Source: Octopus vulgaris (Eukaryota). Taken from it: 64,000 bases of DNA. Position numbers and translations under genes: made by a program. Location: NCBI GenBank assembly GCA_951406725.2, contig OX597827.1, positions 36,270,001 through 36,334,000 of the forward strand, read 5' to 3'. Below are positions 12,355 to 26,200 of the stretch, one piece after another (positions within the stretch are counted from its first letter, which is position 1; the number at the start of each line of letters is the position of its first letter). The notes below the pieces were generated by a model, which saw nothing but the letters and a program-made list of their open reading frames with translations, did no database searches and was not told the origin of the DNA.

Positions 12355-12459
12355 TGTATTTGTGTGTGCTGACTGGGAGGAGGGAGGTAGTATGCTTGTA
12401 TGTATGCAAGTATTAATGTATGTATGTGTAGATTTCAAATCTGTAATCAAGTGTCCTGG

Positions 12460-12690
12460 CACAGCTTGGCAGAAACGTTAGCATGCTGGGCGAAATGCGT
12501 AGCCATATTTCGTCTGCCACTAAGTTCTGAGTTCAAATTCCACCGAGGTCGACTTTGCCTTTCATCCTTTCGGGGTCGATTAAATAAGTACCAGTTACGC
12601 ACTGGGATCGATATAATCGACTTAATCCGTTTGTCTGTCCTTGTTTGTCCCCCTCTGTGTTTAGTCGCTTGTGGATAGTAAAGAAATAGA
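12460..12690 (+). mobile_element. Young tRNA-derived SINE (Nin/Deu-like core)
   Basis: TGGCAGAAACGTTAGC, GAGTTCAAATTCC and GCCTTTCATCCTTTCGGGGTCGATTAAATAAGTACC; near-identical copies at 17788 and 48540. Confidence 0.9.
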
Positions 12691-13039
12691 TAATGGTGAT
12701 AATAAAAAAATGTACTCTTATTATTCATGTAAGTTTCAAATGTGTTTTGAAGTTATAAGTAGATGTGTATAGGGGCAGGTAGGGTGTCAAACAGATGTTG
12801 TGGCCTGTGTATCTTTCCAAACACCAATAACAACATTAAATATAAAACAACTTGAAAGTCTCCTGTTATTTTTTAGAGGTTGGGTAAAGAAAAGAGCTTT
12901 TCCAATTAAAAGATCCAGTATGAGGCCTGAGATTTTTAATTGGTAGTTGTAGTAAGGTTCATGCTTTTCCAAACAACATCAAAATAAGAACAGTACTTGC
13001 CTATAATACAAAAGTGGAGATGGCAGATTTTGTGTGTTA

Positions 13040-13439
13040 TCTCTATATATATAAAACTGAAGTTGTCTGTGTATGGCAGATTTGGTAGCCTTCAACTAAC
13101 ACTATCTCCTCCGAGATAGATGACTAAAATTGAGAGTATGACCAAAATTGAGAGTATGATAGAAGAAGGCTTGCTTTTCCTTCCGTAGAAGAAAAAAATT
13201 CAAATCAGACCATGTTAACACCAAAAATTATTTACATCAAAAAGGTGCTTTTTTTTCTATGAAAATCCCTATTTTTTACAATTTTTTTACTGCTGTGTCA
13301 CCATTTTTCGAAGTATTTCAACCAGAAAAATGTTCACTTAAAAGAATAACATGCTACATAATGCAAAACTTTTACTTTTCAAAAATTCCAATTCTAAAGG
13401 GTCAAAACAAACCCGAGCAACGCTGGGCAATACTGCTAG
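13040..13439 (+). mobile_element. Non-autonomous Helitron
   Basis: Inserted between A and T; 5' TCTCTATATATATAAAA; 3' hairpin CCCGAGCAACGCTGGG followed by CTAG. Confidence 0.85.
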
Positions 13440-13452
13440 TTATTATTAATAT

Positions 13453-13830
13453 CGTCATCATCATTTAACATCTGCTTTCCATGCTGGTATGGATTAGATG
13501 GTTTGACAGGAACTGCACCAGGTTCTATAGTTTATTTTAGCATGATTTCTACAGTTGGATGTGCTTCCTAACACTAACCACATTACATAGTGTGCTGGGT
13601 GCTTTTTATGTGGCACCAACACCAGTGCTGTTTACATGACACCAGCTCCAACAACGTCACAAACCAGCTTGCAAGACAAAAATCCTCAGCTGGAATGAAA
13701 GGGGGGAGTATGAGTCAGGAGCGTGGTTCATGTCAGTTGAGAAATTAAAGGTAAAGAGGGACAAAGATGGGTGTTTTGCTGCAGAATAGATACATGGATA
13801 TGCCAGTTGAAAGAGAAAGGCGAGCAAGTT
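13453..13830 (-). mobile_element. Degenerate RTE 3' end
   Basis: Reverse complement of the (GAT)n tail, CATGGAAAGCAGATGTTAAA and AGGAAGCACATCCAACTGTAGAAA. Confidence 0.75.
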
Positions 13831-15594
13831 AGATAAAGAGATCAGGTAAGTGAGAGAATAAAGAGAGCAGTAGTGAGAGAGATAGTGGCAAAGATGTGTC
13901 AATACATGCCCTCGGGGGGGGGGGGGACATTGGCAGTGGTGAGAAGTAGGTGAGACAGGTTTGAACTGGGTGAGTGGGCAGGAAAGAGGTGACTGTAGCA
14001 AATAATGGAGTGAAATATGAAAAAGGTTTGGAGGTGGGGGCTGCCGTAGATGTGTGATGGTATTGAGGGTGATAGCAGGTAATGGAGTGTCAATGATGGG
14101 GAATAACAACACAAAGGTAAAAAGGCACAGGGAAAGATGTCGATTGGTGACAACAGTAGGTGGTGGAAGATAATGGAAAATGGAAGTGGTTCGCAAGGGG
14201 AAGGGGCATGGAAGGTAACTGGGAAAGCAGAAAGATGTAGTATGTGCCTACTCTGTTCTTAAGTGATAGGGAAGTGATGGCTGTAAGGGAGAAAAATAAA
14301 CAGATCAGAAAGGATGGAGGTGGGAGTGGGGCAGAGCCCCTCATAATCTAGCATTACCAAGGTGGTTTTAGAGTATCAATCCTGCTGAGATGGATGGATA
14401 AATATACACACACACACAGAAAAAGAGAATTGTATAAACAGAAGGGAGATAGAAAAATCAATCTAAAACAATAATAAAAATACTGAACTTTTAATAAAGC
14501 AGCAGTAATAGTTGTGTTGGTGATAGAGGTTATAGTAGTAATAGTAGAAAACATGAACAATGACAAGCAAAAGTGTTTTGTTTTTTGTTTTAACAAACAA
14601 CAACAGAGCTAAACTAAACATATTGATCATACCAACTTCTCATCTTTTTCACTCATTGATTGCTGTTGAAGGGAAATGAAAAAAAAAAGGAAAATATAGC
14701 AGCATGTTGCAAGCTTTGAAACAGAAGGAAGTAGTCAAAATATAGAAGTAAAACAATTATATCATTTACATCAAGATGGAATCTTTGCAATCATTTAAAA
14801 CATACACACTTAAATTCAATTTTACTTTAGTATTGTTATTTTGTCCAACACATGCCTTTCTATGCTTGCATTGGTTGGACAAATAACAGACTAACTTTGG
14901 TTACAGCATTCCCATGGGATTTTAACAAGTCTTGTGTATCACAGAGTTGATATGCTGTGAGAACAAGGTCAGTATAGTCAAGTTTAGAGACACATGCTCT
15001 GTTGCTGTCTTGACTGTTTCTACTTGATAATGCAATCTTGGCCTACATCTTGAAGCGAAGTCTTGATCCACCACTCCTCTTTACATCTACACATACACTG
15101 TTCATGGTTGTCCAATGTCAATTTTTCCATGGGGGCTTATTTGAGGTCGCATTTTATGACTGGATGCCCTTCCTGTCATAAACCTTTACCTGTTTTCCAA
15201 GGGAATTTTTATTACATTGGTCTTTGAAAGGTAAAAATGAATGGCTATAATGTCATATATAGACAAGAATTTTTGGCATTGTTTCTATATTTGGATGCCC
15301 TTATCACTAATCACTTTGCAACATGGACAGAGTGTATTTTGTTGTACTACCTGCCTAGTGAGTTTGTTTCATATATGAAGAAATTGGAGTCCTCCTTATC
15401 TTTTGTGATCTCTTATTTCTAGATATATGGCTTGATATACAACTTCCCTGTCCCTTCCATTAGTTCTTTCAATTTTGTCATGGACAGGGAGTATTCCACC
15501 ATGCTACAGCCATTAAGCATGCCATCTGCCAAACTTGAAGTGTAGCTTCAACCCTGTATAACCTAAATTATTGATGGGGGAGATGTTGGGCTCC

Positions 15595-18500
15595 CATAGC
15601 TCTAATTCTCAAAAATTTCATCTCGCTTGTCTAAAACCTTGCTAGCTACATTAAGCAAACCTAGTGAATATTTGTGTCTTTGTTCATTCTGTTTGGTTAC
15701 TTGCTTTATTTTATTTTGCACATATTATATCTAAATCCTCACTTTTTCCCATGATATATGCTAAATAGTAGCTTTTGCTTTGTTTGCTTGGATATTTTAT
15801 ATGGCATTTATCTAGGGAATGGAGCAGCCATGCTGTTTGGTCATTCGCTGTCTTGACTTCAGCATGAAGGTATTACTTCCGCTCTCAGTAAATCATCTCC
15901 CTCAAGGTCTTATTCCTTATATTTGCGATACTTGGCATAAAAAGCAGATATGTTACGAAGAAGAAATGTTCAGATAAGCAACCTTGTTTACACAATCTAG
16001 CACTACTTCTAACCTCACTTTATATCATATTATTTATCTATTTATTTATAAAGCTTTGTTTATTTATTTCCATGCTGTATGTTATACTAAAATTAAGCAA
16101 TCCTAATCTTCAATTCTGTTTCTTATCTCCTGTAGCTTTAATTCTCAAAAATTTCATCTCACTTGCATTATGTCTAAAACCACACTAGCTACATTAAGCA
16201 AACCTAATGAATTATCATCTCTTTGTTCGTTCTGTTTCGTTACTCACTTTATTTTATCTTGTTCATATTAAGTCTAAATCCTCACTTTTTTCTATGCTAC
16301 ATGTTAAATAGTAGCTTTCGTTTTGTTTGTCTGGATATTTTATAGCACCTTTATCTAGGAAATAGATGGTTATTCATGGTGTACATGCCCAACCCAACAC
16401 CTCTATCTGTACTGGAAGTCTTTCTCCTCCACTTGTACAACATATGGGTGGCTTTCATGGTGTACATGGTAGCAACGGATTTGGTTCCCATAATGAGGAG
16501 GGAAACAGGCTGCTAGAGTTCTGTGATGCAAGTGATCTTATGATCTGCAATAGTATCTTCAGAAAACCTGTCAGTCCTATCAATCTGGTGGGCACACTAG
16601 TCGGATTGACTACATTCTCACCAGAAAATGGGAAAGGTAGCTGCTTATAAATGCCAAAAATTTCCCAGGTGAAGAATGCACCCTTCAGCAGAGGTCAGTC
16701 ATTAGGGACTTCAGAATCAGGGCTAAAAGGCTGCCCAGTAGACAACCAGTGTAGAATAGAAAGGGCTGGAAGCTTAAAGATCCTTTGATTGGTCAGGGAT
16801 TTAGAGATGTGTTACTTGAGACACTTGACAAAAAAGAGGAGGATATAATGATATATATAATGTAAAGGACAACTAGAGTTTCCTAGTGGACAACCTGCTG
16901 AGGGCCAATAACCAAATTTGTGGCTGGTGCATAGTCCCTTCTGAACCTAAGGTGATATGGCAGTGGAACAGTGTATTTGACAAGGCTGTTAGAGAAAAAA
17001 AACAAGCCAGGAAAAACTAGAAGTATGGTGGTAGCAGGGAACTGTATCAAATAGCCAGAAGGGAAGCTATTTAGTCAGGAGAGAAGCAGAAAAGACGTTT
17101 GCCAATGTTCTGTGATGTAAGAGACTTGAAGTATTTTGGATTGCAAAACAGAAAGTCCTAGGCCCATCAAAAATAACTGCCAAGATGCTTAAAATATCTG
17201 GTGGAGTTGGATATGGCCTAGTCATACCCATTGATTGGTGTAGAAGCATTATAGTCAACTGCTACAAAGGCAAAGGTGATGACGTAGACAGAAATAATTA
17301 CAGAGGCATTAAATTGCTGGTTTAGGAGATGAAAGTCACAGAAAGAGTCATAGCTCAATTAATTAGGAAGAGAGTTAGTATGAATGAGATGCAGTTCGGA
17401 TTTGTGCCATGTGAGAACATGACTAATGCTATATTCCCGGTTAGGCAACTGCAGGAGAAGTATTTAGCCACAAATAAACCTCTGTACCTGACTTTTGTTG
17501 ACATGGAGAAAGCCTTTGACAGAGTCCCCCACTCCCTTATCTGGTGGTCAATACAAAAGCTAGGGATAGATGAGTGGTTAGTGGGAATGGCACAAGCCAT
17601 ATACTGAGATGCTGCCACTAAGGTGAAGGTTGACAAGTACGGCAATGAATTCAGTGTGCTGGTAGGAGTTCATCAAGGTTCAATTCTCAGCCACCTCTTG
17701 CTTATCTTAGTCCTCCAGGCCTTAACAGAGGAATTCAAGACCAGCTGTCCCTGAGAGCTCCCCTATACTGATGACCTTATTATTATATATTTCTTTACTA
17801 CCCACAAGGGGCTAAACACAGAGGGGACAAACAAGGACAGACAAAGGGAATAAGTCGATTACATCGACTCCAGTGTGTAACTGGTACTTAATTTATCGAC
17901 CCCGAAAGGATGAAAGGTAAAATCGACCTCGGCGGAATTTGAACTCGGAACGTAACGACAGACGAATGCGGCTACGCATTTCGTCCAGCGTGCTAACGTT
18001 TCTGCCAGCTAGCCGCCTTTTCCGAAAGTAGTGAGTCCCTCTTTAAGAAGTTATTAAACCTCTCAAGAACGATCTTCAATGGATTCCTCACGCTTGTTGC
18101 GGGCGGAGTAACGAACGATTCAGGAGATCCTGCTTCATGCTCAGGACTCAATACGATCTCGCATCATCGTGATGTTGTTGGACCGCTCAATAGAATCGGA
18201 TACCGTTGCGACACATACTTAAGAAATGATCCTTAAAAGCAGGGTTATTATAGTTGAATCACTACCTGACCTAGAGAAGAAATTTCAGGTGCAGAAACAA
18301 GGTCTGGAATCTAAAGGCCTTGGAGCCATTTTAGCAAAAACCAAAGTCCTAGTATGTAAGAAAACAGATAAATCACAACTCCCTTCAGGGAGATGGCCCT
18401 GCTCAATATGTAAGAAGGCTCTTGGTAGAAACTCCATATGTTGTACTCAGTGCAATCTTTGGACACAAAAGAGGTGTAGCAGTTTCACAGGAAGTTTAAG

Positions 18501-19170
18501 GGAGAATATAGCCTTTCTGGCAAATTTGCAGGTACAACAGGCACTAAAAATGCACAGACAATAGACTCGCTCAAATGCTCAGAGGGAACATTAGTAGTTA
18601 ATAGCTTCTGTTAGCTAGGAGACCAAGTTAGCAGTGGTAGAGGAAGTTTTGAAAGTGTAGTAACTAGAATAAGAATGGGCTGCTCAAGTTCAAAGAGTTT
18701 TGTTGGTAACTAAGGGCCTCTCCCTCAGAGTGAAAAGCAAACTGTATGATGCCTGTATATGTACAGCTATGTTACATGACAGTGAAACATGGGGCTTTGG
18801 CTACAGACGACTTGCAAAGGCTTGAAAGAAACGAAGCTAGATGTGTGCATGCGTGACAAAGTGTAAATGATTTAAAAGGAAAACTTGGTATAAAATGCAT
18901 CAGGTATTGTGTGCAAGAGAGAAGACTGCACTGCTTTAGTCGTGTGATGTATATGAATGAGGACAGCTGCATAAAGAAGTGCCAAGCTCTAGTTGTGGAG
19001 GGTGCCTGTGGAAGGGGTAGACTCAGGAATACATGGGATGAAGCGGTGAGAAAGGATCCAGCCACAGAAATCATGCCACAACAGACAATTGGAGTCTGGA
19101 CAGCTCTGTGTCAAACTATCCAACCCATGCCAGCATGGAAAGCGAATGTTAAAAGATGATGATGATAGCT
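15595..19170 (+). mobile_element. Decayed near-full-length RTE LINE with duplicated 5' monomers, EN, RT (YTDD) and PHD-like finger; interrupted by a SINE
   Basis: GFGSHNEEGNRLLEFC, QFGFVP, FVDMEKAFDRVP and WPCSICKK..CTQC motifs; many stops; (GAT)n tail. Confidence 0.9.
17788..18244 (-). mobile_element. SINE plus about 226 bp of extra 5' sequence, inserted in the RTE
   Basis: TSD TTATTATA at 17780-17787 and 18245-18252; SINE body spans 17788-18018. Confidence 0.8.
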
Positions 19171-19660
19171 GTGACTGTGTGGTTGAGAAGTTCACTTCCC
19201 AACCATGTGGTTTTGGATTTTGTTTCTCAATGCAAATACTTGAAAATATGAGGGCCTGATGAAGCCTTCTGGCTTCACAGACCCCAGCAGAACCGTCCAA
19301 CCCATGCTAGCATGGAAAACGGACGCTAAATGATGATGATGATGATGATGAAGATGAAAAATTCCAGCCAATTTGTTCCAATAATACCATACAAATCAAG
19401 AAAATACCTTAAGTCCTATCTTGCTGATAGTAAAAAAGACTTGCAAAGCTTCAAAACATCTGACAATCAAATATTTCAATGTTAACAAGGTTTGCCTTCT
19501 TCAGGGCTTATACACAGAGCATTCTTTTCTATGGAACTGAAATCTGAACTATAAAGAGAAAACTTCAAAATCAACTTGCTGGTATATGCTACAGACTCCT
19601 CGTGTGAACTCAAAACATATCATGGTTTGAGCACAAGTCCAAAGAAAAGATTTAAGAATA

Positions 19661-20909
19661 CAAGGGGCATTCATTAAAGATTTCCACTGACCCGCTTCCC
19701 AATGTCTGAGATAAACAAAACTTGGCATAATTATTAGTTCTTCTCTACATAGCCACCACCAATGGTGACACACTTCTCCCATCACTTTATGCAGCTGTGA
19801 AGACTTTGTCTGTAGAAGTCGGTAAGTTGCGTCTGGAGCTAAGACTTTACCTTGGAAATAAGTGCATCCCCTTCAAAAAAGACTTCATGGTTGGAAAGAG
19901 GTGGAAGTCAGATGATGCAAGGTTGGGAGAGTAAGAGGGATGAGGAAGGATTTCATAGCCACAGGAGTGTACTTTCATCTAGGCAACACGTGAATTTTGA
20001 ACTGGGGGCGTTGCCTCGGAGGAGGCAGACTCCTTTAGTCAGCATGCCATGCCTCTTTACTCTGACTGCATCCCGCAATTTTTGCAGCAGGGAAGCATAA
20101 TATGCACTGTTAATTATGGTGCCCTTTGCCAGAAAACCCATCACTACTACTCCATGCTGGTCCCAAAACACTGTGAGCATCACCTTGATTGCTGAGGGTT
20201 GGACATGTGCCTTCTTTGGAATGTGGTGAGTTATCATGCTTCCATTGCTTTGACTGGACTTTAGTCTCAGGACCATAGTGATGGACTGTGTGATAATTCT
20301 GCTGCAAAATCCTCATTTTCTGGGCACATTGCCAAAAGTGCCTGAGAGAAAATGACTCATTCCTGCTTCTGAAAAAGTGTGAGCGTCCGAGGAACCCATC
20401 GCACAGACAACTTCCAAATGTGCAATGGTTGTGAATGATTTTTTTCATGGACCCTACACTTATCTTCACTTCTAGGGCTAGTTGCTGAATAATTATGTGG
20501 TGATCCTCCAAAATAGCATTTTCCACTTAACGGATGGTGTCGTCATCAAAGGTGGAATGTGGTCATCCAGGAATAGGAGCAGTTTCCACCGATGTTCAAC
20601 CACATTTGAACTAGCGATGTTAATAATTGACTACATCTTAAGATGGTGCATTGTCACCATACACTTCTCACATCTCATTGATAGTCTCTTTTGGTGTACG
20701 ACCTTTCAAGTATAAGAACCTGATCACTGATCTGCATTCAACTGCATCCATTATAACACCTTAGTCCACTTCATCAGCCATAAAAGACAAATAAATACTA
20801 GTGGAAAGCTGCAATTTACAATGTGATATGTATGATTATACCTGTACAAGTTCCATTTCTTGCAATAACTGGAAGTGGGCAGGGGGAAATCTTTAATGAA
20901 CACCCCTTG
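19661..20909 (-). mobile_element. Full-length degenerate mariner with TIRs and TA target duplication
   Basis: TA-CAAGGGGCATTCATTAAAGATTTCC ... GGAAATCTTTAATGAACACCCCTTG-TA; VHHYGPETKVQSKQWKH and KVMLTVFWDQHGVV motifs. Confidence 0.93.
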
Positions 20910-21332
20910 TACATTCCACTCATCTCTAGTATTATTTTTCAATGTAGGATAGGCTATACTGGCTACAGCTATCATACAGGCCACATCAGATGTTATATTT
21001 TGGAGACTTCTGCACCCTAAGAGAATTTGGTATCAAGATCCATCACTGCCTCCCACAAGTTATTCACCTATTACTATCCATCACACCCTCACCACTATTT
21101 CCCTAGTGCTGGTTTCATAATAAAATGTATGCCGTACATTCTGGCAAGTGGTTGGTATTAGAAAGAACATCCAGCCACAGAAACCAAACCAAAAATGAAG
21201 CTTATAAGGAAGAATGAATATTATGTCTCTATTCTATCAATATACATATATATACACATTTAACTTCTATTATTCTGTGAGATGTGTATATATGTGTATA
21301 TATATATATATATAATATATATATATATAATG

Positions 21333-21462
21333 AAGGGTTTAGCAACAAGTTGCTTCACCACATACCAAAAATTTAGAAATAGCAGCCAAAAGACAGCTAA
21401 GTCTTTTGGCTGCTATTTCTAAATTTTTGGTATGTGGTGAAGCAACTTGTTGCTAAACCCTT
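21333..21462. repeat. Perfect hairpin with 62-bp arms and a 6-nt loop, inside (TA)n
   Basis: AAGGGTTTAGCAAC...CCAAAAGAC-AGCTAA-GTCTTTTGG...GTTGCTAAACCCTT. Confidence 0.95.
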
Positions 21463-21583
21463 AATTATATTTATAATTATATAAAAAAAAACTTTTTGTA
21501 CAAGTTTTTACCAATAATTGTATTTTTCTATACCGAAAATACTTGGTAAAATTTATTAATTATTAAATTAATAATTCTTTACC

Positions 21584-21618
<35 letters not shown>

Positions 21619-22172
21619 AAAAGTGGGGAGGGTGGCTGGTGTGTTTGTGTGTGTGTGTGTACACACATATACACACACAATGATCTTTTAGTTTCTGTCA
21701 GCCAAATTCATTCACAAAGTTTTGGTTGGCCTGAGACTATAATAGTGCTATGCAGTGAAACTTAACCCACTGAATCAAAAACCATCTGGAAGGGAAGCAA
21801 ACCTCTTAACCACATAGCTATGCCTGTACCTATATTTATATAGGTACATGTGTTCCTGGCCTGACCGAATTTGGAATTTGGCAGACAGAAACTGAAAGAA
21901 GTCTATTGTGTGTGTGTGTGTATGTGTTCAACAGACTGGAGATTATTACCCCTCTTGATAACAAGGAGCAGTGGTGATAGGAAGGGCATCCAACCAGAGA
22001 AACTCCGCACCAGTTTACTCTCATCTGATTAATGCAAGCATGAAAAAGTAGATGCTAAAATAATGATGATACATACACACTACTTCACTATATTTGTATT
22101 CTGTCACTATATACACACATACTGTACAGTTAACAAGCACACCAAGTACTGTATAGATACCAGTATACTCAC

Positions 22173-22311
22173 CACAATACGTTGCAAATTGTTGAGGATA
22201 ATTTGGTGAGCGTTGGCAACACATCGGAACTGTTGAAACACCAACTGTAGTAGCTGTAACAAGTAACGAGGCTGATGTTCATTAGCCAGGCTGTCACCTT
22301 TGTGACATGAG
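22173..22311 (-). CDS. EXOC4: EXOC4 exon 11 (SCHKGDSLANEHQPRYLLQLLQLVFQQFRCVANAHQIILNNLQRIV)
   Basis: Matches [25 protein letters not shown]; ttgcag/GTGAGT boundaries. Confidence 0.95.
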
Positions 22312-22636
22312 CTGCAAAATGGACAATTAAACATGTAATAAGAAAATTTATTAGTAAACACTATTGCAGCTGTGTCACAATACATTCACTGCATCACAAG
22401 TGTCATACACAATGGTCACCTCACTACGGGTATATCGTAGTCCTCACATATCAGTTGTATCAAATTTTTATAATTACCACACCACACTATACGTGTCCCA
22501 CATATATCACAGTTGTATCAGACACACATCATCATCATACCCCAATACAAATGTGTGGGGCTGCAAATCAACAAATTTTTGCAATGTGTAAAATGTTTAG
22601 ATTTGCTGCCTCACACAACACATTGCTGAAACTCAC

Positions 22637-22707
22637 CTCTCCACAATTTTTTCAGAAGCTCGAGACACAATGGCCATTAATTCTGGCTGTATTCTCATTT
22701 TGACTGC
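22637..22707 (-). CDS. EXOC4: EXOC4 exon 10 (AVKMRIQPELMAIVSRASEKIVE)
   Basis: ttgcag/GTGAGT boundaries; matches AIIERLEQELKQIVKRSTTQV. Confidence 0.92.
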
Positions 22708-22852
22708 CTGCAAGATAACAGAAAGCAGTGACTGGTTATAGGGCGAAGGGATGAAGAATAGAAAGAGAAAATTGGAGGGAGAGAGAGATGAGAAAGAGGG
22801 AAGAAGTGAGACAATGAGGAAGAGGGAAGAGATAAGGAATGGTGGAGTATAC

Positions 22853-23037
22853 CTCAACAGCTTCTGGAAGTTTCTTGAGAAGGAACAATGACTCTACTAA
22901 TATAGCAATGAAGTGACTTAAATTTTCCTCAGGATCAGAGTTCAGGTCTTCCGCAATTTCACCATTCTTCTCCCCACCTGTGACAGACAAGGTTGGTGAT
23001 GAAGATGGACTGCCACTCACATCTTTCAACAAAGTTC
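22853..23037 (-). CDS. EXOC4: EXOC4 exon 9 (...EDLNSDPEENLSHFIAILVESLFLLKKLPEAVE)
   Basis: Matches [32 protein letters not shown]; tttcag/GTATAC boundaries. Confidence 0.93.
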
Positions 23038-23261
23038 CTGAAACAAGAGGAAGGTAGTGCAGTGGTTGTGTGATAAGCAATGTTGTATTACTAACCATGT
23101 GAATTTCAAAGCTAGGTTCCTTTCTAAAAGTAAAAAGATATTATTGAACCATTTGCAGGTACCATAAAGAAAGACACAGGATGGTACAAATTCCCACAAT
23201 AAAAAGTTGGCATATGGTACAGTGAATTATATAACTCTGTGTTACCTACTTATGGCTAGAC

Positions 23262-26200
23262 TCATCATCATCATCATTTAATGTCTGTTTTCCATGCTGG
23301 CATGGGTTAGACAGTTTGACTGAAAACTAGTAAGCAGGGGGGGGGGGCTGCACCAGGTCCCAATCTGATTTGGCATGATTTCTATAGCTGGATGCCCTTC
23401 CTAATGCCAACCACTCCAAAAGTGTAGTGGGTGATTTTTATGTGCCAGTTATGTAACACCGGCATCAACCATGACTATGACCTCACTTGGTTTAACAGGT
23501 CTTCTCAAGTACAACATATCACCAAAGGTCATGGTCACTTGTCATTGCCTCCATGAGGCCCAACATTCGAAGATCATTCTTCACCACCTCGTCCCATGTC
23601 TTCCTGGGTCTGCCTCTTTTACAGGTTCCCTCCACCTTTAGAGATTCGCACTTCTTCACACAGCTGTCCTTGTCCATAGCCATCACATGACCATACCAGC
23701 ACAGTCATCTCTCTCTTGCTTACCACACCTGATGCCTCTTGTGCCCAACTTTTCTCTCAAGATGCTTACACTCTATCGTGTATGCACACTACATTGTACA
23801 TCCAGCAAAGCATACTAGCTTCATTTCTTTCAAGCCTACGCATGCCCTCAGCAGTCACGGTCCATGTTTCACTGCTATGTAGCATGACTGTTCATACACA
23901 GGCATCATACAATCTGCCTTTCACTCTGAGGGAGAAGCCCTTTGTTACCAGGAGCTCTCTAACTTTGCCCAGCCTATTCTTATTCTAGCAGTTATGCTCT
24001 TGGAGCATCCACCTCTGCTACTGACTTGGTTGCCTAGGAATGGAAGCTATCAACTACTTCTAGTTTTTCCCCTGGCATTTGATGGAGTATATTTTCTGAA
24101 CATTTTAGTGTTAATTGTATTTGTGCACCTTCCACACACAAAAACTATTTTCCCTATTAACCTTCCTCTTATACTGTTGCATCTCTTATATATCCATAGC
24201 TTGCACCAGGTACATCTTATGGAGTTTCTACCTGCACCTTTTCTACAGATCGAGCAGCACTGTCTACCTGAAGGGAGTTGTGATTTGTCTACTTTCCTGC
24301 TTATTACGAGTACGGTTTTTGCAAGATTAACTCCTAAGGCCCTTTGATTCTAGACCTTGCTTCCACACCTGAAATTTCTTCTCTAGCTCAGGTAGTGATT
24401 CAGCTATAAGAACCAGGTCATCAGCATAGAAGAGCTCTCAGGGGCAGCCCATCTTAAATTCCTTTGTTATTGCCTGGTGGACTATGATGAACAGGGGCTA
24501 AGGACCGATTCTTGATGAACCCCTACTTGTACACTGCATTCCTCACTATATTTGTTACTAACCTTCACTTTACTAATAGTATCCCTGTACATGGCTTGTA
24601 CAGCTCTCACCAACTACTCATCTATCCCTAGCTTCTGCATTGACCACCAGATAAGAGAGTGGGAGTCTCTATCAAGAGTTTTCTCCATGTCAACAAAAGC
24701 CGGGTACAAGGATTTATTTCTGGCTAGATATTTCTCCTGCAGTTGTCTAACCAGGAATATAGCTTCAGTCGTACTCCTGCCTGGCACAAATATGAACTGC
24801 ATCTCATCTAAGCTAACTCTCTTCCTAATTAATTGAGCTATGACCCTTTCTGTGACTTTCATCATCTGGTCCAGCAATTTGATGCCTCTGTAATTACTCC
24901 TGTGTAAGGCATCACCTCTGCCTTTGTAGCAGCTGACTATAATGCAGCTACACTGATTGTTGGGTATGACTCCCTGTGGACAACTTGATTAACTATACGG
25001 GTGACTAAGCCATATCCTACTCTGCAAGATATTTTAAGTATCGTAGCAGAGATTCCTGGTGGGCCTGGAGCTTTCCCTGTCTTCATATCCTTAATTGCTT
25101 TATCTACCAAGCTACTGTCAATTTGGATAGCTGGTTTCTCAGATGGGTCAACATTTGGCAGACTCACCTTCTCCCATTTATTCCCCATATTTAGAAGCCT
25201 TTCATAATGGCATTTCCTAACCACTTTCTTAGCAGAATCATTAAATCCAAGTGCACCATCATCCATGCGGACACATTTCCTTCCTACGGCATCATGGTTT
25301 TCTCTCACATGCTGAAACGCTTCAAGTCTCTCATCTTTACGTCACAGTACATTGGCAAACTCATTTTTTTTCTGCTTCTACCCTGGCTAAGTATACCTAT
25401 CTCCTAGCTTCCCTTCTGGCTATCTGATACAGTTCCCTGCTACCACCACACTTCCAGGCCTGTTTCTTTTTTCTAATGACCCTGTTAACTTCCATGTCAC
25501 CTTAGGTTTCGAAGGGACTTTGCACCAGCCACAGATTTGGTCAGTAGCCCTCAACAGATTTTCCTGTAGGAACCTCCAATTGTCCTCAACATTATATGTC
25601 ATTATATCCTCCTCTTTTTTGTTAAATGTCTCAAGTAACACATCTCTAAATCTCTGTCGACTAAGAGGATCCTTAAGCTTCCAGACTCTTCTTTTCCACA
25701 CTGGGAAAGTTTTGGCGTTTATAAGCAACCATATTTCTCATTTTCTGGTGAGAATGTAGTCAATCTGACTAGTGTGCCCACCAGACTGGTAGGTGAACAG
25801 GTAACTGACCGGTTTCCTGAAGTTAGTATTGCGGATCATAAGGTTATTTGCATCACAGGACTCCGGCAGCCTGTTTCCCTCCTCATTATGGGAACTAAAT
25901 CTGTTGCCACCATGCACACCATGGAAGCCACCCAGATGTTTTCCAACATGCCCATTGAAGTCACTAGCCACAAACAGAAGGTCCCTGTCATTCGTTGATG
26001 AGGTAGTCTGTAGCAGAGTGTCATAAAATCAGTCTTTCTGTTCATCAGGTAGTCCAGGCTGAGGGGCATAAGTCGAGACAACGCTTGCTGTTCCATGTCG
26101 CAATACTAATCTAAGATTAAATATCCTATCACAAACTCTGACTACCTCGATTACCTAATCAATCCATTTCTCAGCAAGGAGGATGCCTACACCCCCAACC

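Noticed and set aside
19256-19285. CTGATGA followed by an AGCC/GGCT hairpin as a hammerhead
   Set aside because: No GAAA follows; it is a mutated RTE 3' tail (CTGGTGCAGCCTTCTGGCTT).
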